Source of the DNA: Candidatus Zixiibacteriota bacterium
Lineage (GTDB): Bacteria > Zixibacteria > MSB-5A5 > CAIYYT01
Direction: 5' to 3'
DNA length: 21,863 nucleotides
Assembly: GCA_040235515.1 (NCBI GenBank)
Contig: JBECKX010000050.1
Span: 1-21,863, forward strand
This document shows positions 9,395 through 16,850 of the stretch, one piece after another (position 1 is the first letter of the stretch; the number at the start of each line of letters is the position of its first letter). The notes beneath the pieces are model-generated. The model worked only from the letters and a program-made list of their open reading frames with translations. It was not told the DNA's origin and did no database searches. The position numbers were made by a program, and so were the translations under genes.

Positions 9395-10513
9395 TCACGT
9401 GCCCGCGCGCATCAGCGTGCCACGCAACTCCTGGTCTCTCTCGATCGCTTCGAAAAGAGCCTGGAAGTTACCCTGCCCGAATCCCTCGGCGCCATTCACG
9501 CGCTGGATGATCTCGAAAAAGAATGTGGGACGGTCACCGATCGGCTTGGTAAACAACTGCAACAGGTAACCCTTGCCGGAAGTGTCGCAGAGGATTCGCT
9601 GGCGCTGCAACTCGTCGATATCCTCATTGATCGAGTAACTCTTGGCGCGCAGGTCGTCATAGTAGGTGTCGGGAACATCGAGGAACTCGATGCCATTCTC
9701 GCGGAGGGCGGCAATCGAGTTGATGATGTTATCGGTGTAAAGCGCGATATGCTGGATCCCGGTACCATGATAATGCTCGACATACTCTTCAATCTGCGAT
9801 ACCGCTATTCCCTCGTACGGCTCGTTGATCGGAAGCTTGATCTTCTCATCCTTCGAGCGCACCACTTTGGACAAGAGCGATGAATACTTCGTGGAGATAT
9901 CGCCCGGCCCGAAGTCGATAAAGGTCTCGAAGTCCATTACCTTGTTGAAGTAGTTCGCCCACTGGTTCATCTCGTTGGTGCGCACATTTCCGACAATGTG
10001 ATCGAACTGGGTCAGGCCACCATTCTCGAACTTCAGCTTCATCCCGAACTTCGGCTCTTCGAATCCGGGGCGGAAGAGACCGTTGTAGTTGTCATAGTTG
10101 ATCAGGATCAGCTCGGTGTCATCGTAAATCTTCAACGCGGCCTCAACGATGTAACCATGCTCATCCTTGATTTCGTGGGGAGTGCGGACGAACACACCAC
10201 CATGCTCCGATGCATACTGGTATGACTTCTCGACATCCTCCACCTCCATCGCCCAGCGCTTTACGCCATCGCCATGCCGCTGCACCCAGCCCCAGATATC
10301 GTAGGTGCCGGGGTGAAGCGCGGATGTGACGATCATCTTGATATTGCCGCTGGTGAGGTAGAACGACATGCGGTCGCGCACGCCTGTCTCCGGACCGGCG
10401 TAACCGGTTATCTCAAGCCCGAGCGCCCGACAAAACCAATAGGCCGCCATCCGTGCGGAGCCGACATAAAACTCGGCATAGTCATAGCTTTTTATCCCGA
10501 GGGTATTACTCAT
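9395..10513 (-). CDS. hppD: 4-hydroxyphenylpyruvate dioxygenase
   Basis: DHIVGNV, PINEP, SQIEEY, GIQHIAL, YLLQLFTKP, TFFFEIIQR and GFGQGNFQALFEAIE motifs. GAGGAG SD upstream. Confidence 0.96.
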   Translation of the reverse strand: MSNTLGIKSYDYAEFYVGSARMAAYWFCRALGLEITGYAGPETGVRDRMSFYLTSGNIKMIVTSALHPGTYDIWGWVQRHGDGVKRWAMEVEDVEKSYQYASEHGGVFVRTPHEIKDEHGYIVEAALKIYDDTELILINYDNYNGLFRPGFEEPKFGMKLKFENGGLTQFDHIVGNVRTNEMNQWANYFNKVMDFETFIDFGPGDISTKYSSLLSKVVRSKDEKIKLPINEPYEGIAVSQIEEYVEHYHGTGIQHIALYTDNIINSIAALRENGIEFLDVPDTYYDDLRAKSYSINEDIDELQRQRILCDTSGKGYLLQLFTKPIGDRPTFFFEIIQRVNGAEGFGQGNFQALFEAIERDQELRGTLMRAGT

Positions 10514-10528
10514 AGTGAAACTCCTCTA

Positions 10529-10600
10529 TCAAACATCTGAAATGACTCCAAAATCTTCGAACCAAACTGCCTGACGATTCTGATAACTTCGCACCCCCAT
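10529..10600 (-). CDS. Candidate 23-aa leader peptide MGVRSYQNRQAVWFEDFGVISDV
   Basis: ATG at 10600 to TGA at 10531-10529, followed by TAG and then directly the hppD SD. In frame with hppD. Its own SD is weak. Confidence 0.3.
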   Translation of the reverse strand: MGVRSYQNRQAVWFEDFGVISDV

Positions 10601-10743
10601 CAGAGTTCCAGTAACTCTGACTCGATTGCAGGGTTGAACCGTTGGTCACACTGCAATAAGAGTAAACAGGCTATGTAAGAATACGAACGGAACGTAGGTC
10701 AAATCGATCTTTTTTGACTACTGCCGTCCCTTGGGTAGCAAAA

Positions 10744-10752
10744 ATTATAGCA
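10744..10752 (-). promoter_or_regulatory. Extended -10 promoter likely driving the Phe/Tyr catabolic cluster
   Basis: Perfect TGnTATAAT (TGCTATAAT) on the minus strand. No well-spaced -35 (TTGGAA is only 15 nt away). Confidence 0.5.
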
Positions 10753-10830
10753 GAGCGCGTGATTTTCCAAACCCTTTTTGTAGTTGGACTTAAGCAGGAA
10801 CAACCGGCGCCGGGCGCGCCTGAAATCAAA

Positions 10831-10903
10831 TGGAGCCGAGGGGAGTCGAACCCCTGACCTCTTGACTGCCAGTCAAGCGTTCTACCAACTGAACTACGGC
10901 CCC
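10831..10903 (-). tRNA. tRNA-Ala(GGC), CCA not encoded
   Basis: GGGGCCGTAGTTCAGTTGGTAGAACGCTTGACTGGCAGTCAAGAGGTCAGGGGTTCGACTCCCCTCGGCTCCA folds into a cloverleaf with the G3:U70 Ala identity pair, anticodon GGC and TTCGA T-loop. Confidence 0.97.
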
Positions 10904-10917
10904 GTCAAGCGGCTGCC

Positions 10918-10945
10918 AATATAGCCCAAGCTAGAATATTGTCAA
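10918..10945 (-). promoter_or_regulatory. sigma70 promoter of tRNA-Ala
   Basis: TTGACA-N16-TATATT followed by a GC-rich discriminator (GGCAGCCGC), typical of stable-RNA promoters. Confidence 0.7.
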
Positions 10946-11001
10946 TGGAAAGTTTGCGGGCTGCGCCACTCTCTCCGACGCTCGAGAGAATCAGAAGCTG
11001 A

Positions 11002-12729
11002 CTACTCAGCGGGCTCGACGCCGCGCGCCTCCGCCAGAAGTTTCTCCGCCTGTTTTCGCTCGATGTCGCTGAATTTCCCACCCGAAATCATTCTGCCCAG
11101 CTCTACCACCCGCTCCTCTTCAGTCAGCGGGATCAGTTCCGATTCCGTGCGCCCCTTGATCTCTCGTTTCATCGCTTTCAGGTGATGGTCGGCATAGGAG
11201 ACAATCTGCTGCAGGTGGGTAATCACGATCACCTGTTGGCGTGTAGAGAGCTGTTTCAACTTCTGCCCAACGAGCCGCGCCGCTTCACCGCCGATTCCGG
11301 CATCGATCTCATCGAAAATGAGGACGTCAACTCGATCAGCACCGACAATCAGTGACTTCAGCGCCAACATCACCCGGCTCAGCTCACCTCCCGAGGCGAT
11401 CTGCGCCAGCGGCTTGGTTCGCTCTCCCGGGTTGGCGCTAAAGAGAAACTGCGCGGCCAGCGGTCCCGACTCAGCCAGCATTCGCCCGCCGGAAGTCGGC
11501 TTGTCGGCTGTGACCTCTATCCCGTCACTCACGTCACTGAATTCAACCTCCAGCGTTCCTTTAGCAATCCCCACGGCCGTGAGAGCGGAAACCATTTTCT
11601 TCTGCAGCGCCTTTGCCCCCTTCTCCCGTTGACGTTGCAGTTCGTCGGCTGCCGTCAACAACTCAGCTCGAACCTGCGGCTCCAGCTTGCGGAGATCCTT
11701 GAGATTCAACTGGTCGGTGTCGTTCTTCAGCAGCGAGTCGGTGATCTCATCCCGGTAGGCGAGCATTGCCTCTACCGTCCCGCCGTACTTGCGCTTGAGC
11801 TGGTAGATCTCGGCGAGTCGCTCCCCCACTTGCTCCAGTCTCTGTGGGTCTTCTTCAAGCTCCGACTCGATTTCCTGCAGGCTGCGCGTTACCTCCGACA
11901 ACGTAATCTTTACCGACTTCAGCTCCGGCAGGAACTCCTGTACCGAAGGAAGCAGCGCCGCCACGCTCTCCAGCCGGCGCACGATCTCGCTGAGCTGCTC
12001 GATGGTGCCACCGTCACTCTCGGCAATGCTGCAGGCCGCCGACAACTCGCTCTGGATCCGCGCAGTATTTTCAAGCCGGCTTTGCTCCTGCTCAAGCTCA
12101 CTTTCCTCATCCACCCTGATGGCGGCGCGCTCGATCTCATCGAGTTGAAATTGTTGTAGTTCCCGTTTCTCCTTTGCCTTCTCCAGCGCTCGTTCTATCT
12201 GGCCAATCTCCGCAACCAGCTTTCGATAACGGTCGTACGCGGATCGATACGATTCATAAGCCTTGCCGCATCCGGCGAATTGATCGAGGAACCAGACATG
12301 CCGCTCCGTATCAAGGAGCCACTGGTGTTGGTGCTGACCATGTAAATCACAGAAGCGCTCTGCGATCTCCTTGAGGACCGTCAAATTTACCCTCTGATCA
12401 TTGATCAGACAGCGATTGCGGCCGTCGGCCTGGATCTCGCGCGTGATCGTAATCGTATCGCCGTCAAGCTCCAGTTCCTCGCGCTCGAAGATATCGCGCA
12501 ACTTCCCGAGATCGCCGCTAAACTCCGCTTCGATGAACGCCTGCTCTTCCCCCGTGCGCAGATAATCGCTGCTCGCGCGTTCACCCATTATCAGTGCCAG
12601 CGCTCCGACTACCAGCGACTTACCCGCCCCCGTTTCTCCGGTAATCACCGTAAGGCCCGAATCGAACAAGACCTCCGTCTGGGAAACGATGGCGAAGTTC
12701 TTGAGCAGTATGCGACGCAGCGTGACCAT
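11002..12729 (-). CDS. recN: DNA repair protein RecN
   Basis: Walker A GETGAGKS, HGQHQH, long coiled coil, NPGE...IASGGELSRVMLALK signature, Walker B LIFDEIDAGIGG and ITHL. Confidence 0.96.
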   Translation of the reverse strand: MVTLRRILLKNFAIVSQTEVLFDSGLTVITGETGAGKSLVVGALALIMGERASSDYLRTGEEQAFIEAEFSGDLGKLRDIFEREELELDGDTITITREIQADGRNRCLINDQRVNLTVLKEIAERFCDLHGQHQHQWLLDTERHVWFLDQFAGCGKAYESYRSAYDRYRKLVAEIGQIERALEKAKEKRELQQFQLDEIERAAIRVDEESELEQEQSRLENTARIQSELSAACSIAESDGGTIEQLSEIVRRLESVAALLPSVQEFLPELKSVKITLSEVTRSLQEIESELEEDPQRLEQVGERLAEIYQLKRKYGGTVEAMLAYRDEITDSLLKNDTDQLNLKDLRKLEPQVRAELLTAADELQRQREKGAKALQKKMVSALTAVGIAKGTLEVEFSDVSDGIEVTADKPTSGGRMLAESGPLAAQFLFSANPGERTKPLAQIASGGELSRVMLALKSLIVGADRVDVLIFDEIDAGIGGEAARLVGQKLKQLSTRQQVIVITHLQQIVSYADHHLKAMKREIKGRTESELIPLTEEERVVELGRMISGGKFSDIERKQAEKLLAEARGVEPAE

Positions 12730-12744
12730 AGTAAGGAAAGATAA

Positions 12745-13272
12745 CTAACTGCCCGTGCCACCCTCAAGCAGAGTTTTGCGATTTGCTCCGGCGGAGGTCG
12801 CCCGTAGTCTGGCGAGCGCCCAGGCCGCGAGCAGGATTCCCGCCGGAAGTGCCAGCAGGAGCCTGATCCAGTTTCCGGTAAGCGTTTCGGGGCTGAGAGA
12901 GAAAACTACATCTACCAACGTCACCAGTGCGATCGCCAGCACCACCCAGGAGCCCGGCCCGCGACGTCGCCGCGAGACGGTTGCGAACAGCGCCCCTGCA
13001 AAAAGTCCGCCGTAGAAACCGATACAGCGGGCGCACAGGCCAAACGGCGTTTCGCAAAGCTGTAACGTTCGGTGGCTCAGTTGATGGCAGGTATTGGCAT
13101 AGGCCGCAAGCAGGATATCCGCCGGCCCATCTAAGCCCGCTAAATGAAGCAGCGGTGGCAGGATGCCACCGCTGAAGTATATTCCGGTTGCTGCAGTAAT
13201 CAGCCAAAATGCGAGTTGTTCGAGCTTCTCCGTACTGCTCCCCGGCCTACTGCTGGTGGGTTCCGGTGTCAT
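12745..13272 (-). CDS. DUF2085-like membrane protein
   Basis: CHQ...R and CARC.G.Y.G motifs with several hydrophobic helices. Start reassigned to ATG 13272 (GGAG upstream), giving a 26-nt overlap with the upstream gene instead of 122 nt. Confidence 0.75.
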   Translation of the reverse strand: MTPEPTSSRPGSSTEKLEQLAFWLITAATGIYFSGGILPPLLHLAGLDGPADILLAAYANTCHQLSHRTLQLCETPFGLCARCIGFYGGLFAGALFATVSRRRRGPGSWVVLAIALVTLVDVVFSLSPETLTGNWIRLLLALPAGILLAAWALARLRATSAGANRKTLLEGGTGS

Positions 13273-13936
13273 CGGGGTCCGAGTCTCCCGCAGAGGGGCC
13301 ACCTGCCGGTGGTACATCCTCGACCGAAATGGCAGCCGCGCCCTGTTCGGCCACGCGGACCACTTCACCGATCAGGTAAGCACCGACGAGCAGCGCGTAG
13401 AACATCGTGAAGAATATGCCGATAATCAGTCCGATGAAGCCCAGCCCTGAGAACAACCACACTATATTGGCGATGATGATCACGATGATCAGGTTCAACA
13501 GGTTCTGCGACACGAACGCTATGATCGCAGGAAAATCGAACGCAGGAGCTATCGTCCGCGTGCGGGCGATCTGGACCATAATGTAAGGCATCGCAATCGA
13601 GACCGCGAGACTGAGCAGAATCGAAATCAGCACCCCGATGCAGGGAATATGCCCGAGCAGGAAGTTCAGAATGAAGAGCGGCACGAAGTATATCAGCATC
13701 GCGATGAATGCCAGCAACCCCAGCAGGAACTTGTCGCCGAGCTGATCCCAGTTCGGCAGCGGCACCGGCTTGCCTTCGGAAGCATTCCTGGCGGCTTCAA
13801 GATAGTAGCCGAGCAGGAATGGAATCGGCACGATCAGGAATGAGAGGAGCATGAATGCAGCGCCCAACAGGATCTTCTGCACCCAATCCTTGTCCTCGAA
13901 CATGTAGGTAAACGCACGTCCAATGTTATCTAACAT
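13247..13936 (-). CDS. DUF4013-like integral membrane protein
   Basis: AFTY.F.D..W..K.L.G, LLGY and LP.W......F..G patterns recalled for DUF4013, with about 5-6 TM helices. GGAGG SD upstream. Confidence 0.8.
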   Translation of the reverse strand: MLDNIGRAFTYMFEDKDWVQKILLGAAFMLLSFLIVPIPFLLGYYLEAARNASEGKPVPLPNWDQLGDKFLLGLLAFIAMLIYFVPLFILNFLLGHIPCIGVLISILLSLAVSIAMPYIMVQIARTRTIAPAFDFPAIIAFVSQNLLNLIIVIIIANIVWLFSGLGFIGLIIGIFFTMFYALLVGAYLIGEVVRVAEQGAAAISVEDVPPAGGPSAGDSDPDDTGTHQQ

Positions 13937-14100
13937 CGCCTTCCCTCCGCAGAGCTAGCGTTTCTTAGTTTCAATTCTGCTGCTGTAAGCTTATGTCAAA
14001 TGATAATATGGTTTTATGAACTGATGGCACAACACGCCACACGCGCTGCATCTTGTGTACCCCTTTTGTAACCATAAGTCAACCAAAAACTACCGGAGCC

Positions 14101-14148
14101 GGCTGTCGGGATCTTCGGATCAGCGAAGGATCGCTGACACCGATCGCC
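14101..14148. other. Compact structured element downstream of the PD40 gene (possible terminator or processing site)
   Basis: TCAGCGA-AGGA-TCGCTGA stem plus GATC-TTCG-GATC hairpin, enclosed by GGC..TCGG/CCGA..GCC. Confidence 0.4.
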
Positions 14149-14154
14149 AAAGCC

Positions 14155-15132
14155 TCAGAACGGTTTGAAGGCTTGCCGCGCTGTCATCGGCGGATTCTCG
14201 ATCCCAGCGACCTGGTAATAGATCCACTTGCCATCGGCGCTCCAGCGCGGGAAATTGCAGTGGCCGCCGGAAGGCGTATTGGTAATCTTCCTGCTCTCAC
14301 CGCCCTTGAGGTTCTTCACCCAGATGTCGGTTATCTCATTCTTGCGTTGGGCATAGACGATATACTTCTGGTCCGGGGAGATCACTGCACCGAATTCGTC
14401 AGCCCCGGCACTGACCAGGGTATCCTCTTTGCCGGAGAGGAATGAACGCCGGATAATGTCCTGATCGAAGTTGCCCTGCGGACGCATCGCATTGGCCGTG
14501 TAGTAGACGCTCTCGTCGTCGGGGGAGGACTGCGCATAATAGCCGACGTTGTCGGGGGTCATCTGGCGAATCTCCTTGCTGTCGAGATCAATCGCCCAGA
14601 CGGCGTTACGATCAGGCAGCGCCATGTTGTAGACAACGCGCTTGCCAGAAGGTGAGAATGCCAGGTCTGACACCGTGATCAGAAGCTCCGGGCTCGCCTT
14701 CAGTCGCTCCGAGAGGTTCGCCGGGAAGTTCTTGCGGAACTCACGCAAGTTGGTGAGCACTTCCCCCTGCCGCTTGCCACTCTCGTAGCGCAGCAATTCC
14801 CACTGACCAGCCACCAGCCGCGGAATCACGAAGCTGCTGCCGTTCGGGGAGAAGGCAAAGGTAAAGCTCGGCATATCCTTGAAATCGAATCCGGGCAGAA
14901 CCCTCGTTTCCTCGCCACTCTTCAGGTTCAGCATAAACAATTCCATCGGCTTGCCGGGGATATTCGAATCGATCCTCAGAAAAGCCAGTGAGTCATACCC
15001 CACCGGCGCCGGCAACATCGCATTGTGCGCCACGATCTCACCGATCCCCTCCATTGATTCTGCGTTCAGCCCCGCCACTCCCGACACCAGGAGTAAAATC
15101 GATAGGTACAGAAGAATTGTCAGTCGTTTCAC
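14155..15132 (-). CDS. Secreted TolB-like (PD40) beta-propeller protein
   Basis: Signal peptide MKRLTILLYLSILLLVSGVAG. Repeats FSPNG, FSPSGKRVVY, SSPDD, ISPDQKYIVY and PRWSADGKWIYY. GAGGT SD before the GTG. Confidence 0.85.
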   Translation of the reverse strand: MKRLTILLYLSILLLVSGVAGLNAESMEGIGEIVAHNAMLPAPVGYDSLAFLRIDSNIPGKPMELFMLNLKSGEETRVLPGFDFKDMPSFTFAFSPNGSSFVIPRLVAGQWELLRYESGKRQGEVLTNLREFRKNFPANLSERLKASPELLITVSDLAFSPSGKRVVYNMALPDRNAVWAIDLDSKEIRQMTPDNVGYYAQSSPDDESVYYTANAMRPQGNFDQDIIRRSFLSGKEDTLVSAGADEFGAVISPDQKYIVYAQRKNEITDIWVKNLKGGESRKITNTPSGGHCNFPRWSADGKWIYYQVAGIENPPMTARQAFKPF

Positions 15133-15428
15133 CGTTATGCTACCTCATATCTCAAGTAGTTGTAGTTACAATTTCGGCGCCGGCGCTGCAGCCGACAGTT
15201 GCTCATTGGTTCCGAGCCCTTGCTCTTTATACAGTGATACTCGCGTAGAGGCGAGCCATTTCTCCCAAAATAAGCGATACCGCCAACCCCCGATATTGTT
15301 GCGACGCGCCGCCGCTGTCGTGGGGGCGGAAGCGCGTCGGCAGCCGCCGCGAGCCGACACTCTAATATATTAATTGACAATCGGTTGCAAGACCACATAG
15401 GTTTATTGTTTTCGTACACCATCTGTTT

Positions 15429-15454
15429 TGAACAAAACCGATCCAGAGGCGTCT
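15429..15454 (+). promoter_or_regulatory. ECF-type promoter, probably autoregulatory
   Basis: TGAAC-N16-CGTCT about 30 nt upstream of GTG 15484, matching the AAC-N16/17-CGT ECF consensus. A sigma70-like TTGACA-N18-TAGGTT lies further upstream (15374-15403). Confidence 0.65.
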
Positions 15455-15483
15455 TCAATTTGGGTCGGAGAGTGTGGGGTGCC

Positions 15484-16056
15484 GTGACTGAGAACATTTC
15501 GGAACTGGTCGAACGGTTTAAGGAAGGCGATGAGCAGGCCTTTAATAAGCTGGTTCGACTGTTCGAGAAGAAGATTTACGCACATGCTTATCAGATGCTG
15601 GGAAATCACACGGAGGCCGATGAAGTACTTCAGGAAACCTTTGTGCGACTGGTCAAGAACATCAGTCGACTCAAATCCGACTCGAATTTTCCCAGTTTCA
15701 TCTTTAAGATTGCGACCAACTACTGCATCGACATCATCCGCAAACGCCAGCGGAAATTCGTCAATGTAGAGGAGAGTGAAACCGAGGAATCGGGCTGGTA
15801 TCTGCTCGAATTGTCGCGCTCGATACCAACCCCGGCGGAGGAGCAGGAGAACCGACAACTACTCGACCTGATCAACGCCGCGATCGCGGAATTGCCACCC
15901 AAGCAGCGTGCCACCATAGTGCTGCATGACGTCGATGGCTACTCCAAGGAAGAGATCGCGCAGATGATGGATTGCCCCCAGGCGACGGTTCGATCGAATC
16001 TCCACATCGCTCGCTCCAAAGTGAAAAAGAAACTCAAGGATATTCTCGATGAGTAG
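15484..16056 (+). CDS. ECF RNA polymerase sigma factor
   Basis: GDEQAFNKLV, EADEVLQETF and FIFKIATNYCID in region 2. LPPKQRATIVL...EEIAQMMDCPQATVRSNLHIAR in region 4. GTG 15484 (GGAG upstream, downstream of the ECF promoter) is preferred over TTG 15385. Confidence 0.93.
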   Translation: MTENISELVERFKEGDEQAFNKLVRLFEKKIYAHAYQMLGNHTEADEVLQETFVRLVKNISRLKSDSNFPSFIFKIATNYCIDIIRKRQRKFVNVEESETEESGWYLLELSRSIPTPAEEQENRQLLDLINAAIAELPPKQRATIVLHDVDGYSKEEIAQMMDCPQATVRSNLHIARSKVKKKLKDILDE

Positions 16057-16104
16057 GTCTGAGCGAACCATCAGGTGCATCATCGGGGAAGGGACTACGG
16101 TTAA

Positions 16105-16686
16105 ATGCAAGAACGCGAAATGAATGAGACACAGGAGAAGTTGCTCGACCTTGGCCCGGGAGACCTGGAGAGAACTACTCCTCAGGCGCTGCGAGCCGAG
16201 CTGGTCGATGCCGGCGTCTCCCCTGCCGCAGCGGCGCTCGAGATAAACTATCTTCGACAGGTGTCGCGGCGCCGGGTGAAGCTCCCCCCGGAGACCTACT
16301 TCGCCGATACCCGCCGAAAAATCCTCGCGCGCGTGGATATCCATCCTCGCAGTTTCTGGGATCGGATCAGCTCTATTCTTCTGCCTACCTACTGGAAGCC
16401 GATTCCGGCGACGGCAGCGGCGTTGGTTATTGCAATTGCGATTCTGACGCCGATGATGTATCATCATGCTCCCACACGAATTGTGGATCTGCCGGCGCTG
16501 GAGAGTGCCGGCCCGTACGTTTCGATGACGGAGGTTTACGCCGAACATGTGACCGCTGTGGATCAGCCGGTCCTCTCGGCGGAAGAACTGCGGGAGTATG
16601 CGGATATCCTGCTGATGTCGACTGCCATTCTCGGCTCACCCTCCTCGCTATCGCGCTCTCGCTCATTGGCCGGTTCGCCTAATTAG
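16105..16686 (+). CDS. Putative single-pass anti-sigma factor
   Basis: Directly downstream of the ECF gene. About 100-aa cytoplasmic N-domain (LPPETYFADTRRKILARV), one TM segment (ATAAALVIAIAIL) and a short exported C-domain. No ZAS motif. Confidence 0.6.
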   Translation: MQEREMNETQEKLLDLGPGDLERTTPQALRAELVDAGVSPAAAALEINYLRQVSRRRVKLPPETYFADTRRKILARVDIHPRSFWDRISSILLPTYWKPIPATAAALVIAIAILTPMMYHHAPTRIVDLPALESAGPYVSMTEVYAEHVTAVDQPVLSAEELREYADILLMSTAILGSPSSLSRSRSLAGSPN

Positions 16687-16724
16687 GCAGTCTGATCAGG
16701 CGGTCTGATTAGTAGTTTGACCAG
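16687..16724. repeat. Three tandem imperfect 13-nt repeats
   Basis: GCAGTCTGATCAG / GCGGTCTGATTAG / (G)TAGTTTGACCAG. Confidence 0.55.
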
Positions 16725-16850
16725 CGTACCGTGCAGAAATATCATCGACAGGTCAGTCGAGCAGGCACTCGGGGTGGTCTTGGGGAAATGAGAGTGACGA
16801 CGGGTGAATATTGGTAAAGACATTTGGGCCTGGGCCTCAGGGGTGTTCTC

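Noticed and set aside
2038..9883. Long plus-strand ORFs (2038-2781, 5759-6568, 9218-9883 and others)
   Set aside because: Antisense shadows of well-supported genes, expected from GC-biased codon usage; no protein motifs.
10831..10903. tRNA-Ala as att site of an intact genomic island or prophage
   Set aside because: No duplicated tRNA 3' end, integrase or phage genes were seen.
13273..13368. N-terminal 32 aa of ORF 12745..13368
   Set aside because: Deep overlap with the DUF4013-like gene; ATG 13272 is the more plausible start.
14101..14148. Hammerhead ribozyme reading of the three-way junction
   Set aside because: Lacks the CUGANGA and GAAA core on either strand.
15385..15483. N-terminal extension of the ECF sigma from TTG 15385
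   Set aside because: It overlaps promoter elements and has no SD; GTG 15484 fits the usual ECF length.
15484..16056. ECF activated by the neighbouring Ser/Thr kinase (EcfP/EcfK type)
   Set aside because: Region 2.2 keeps an acidic DAED-like motif (EADE) rather than the Ser/Thr-substituted form, an anti-sigma candidate is present, and the kinase is on the opposite strand.
15859..16548. 229-aa minus-strand ORF
   Set aside because: Antisense to the ECF and anti-sigma genes; no motifs.
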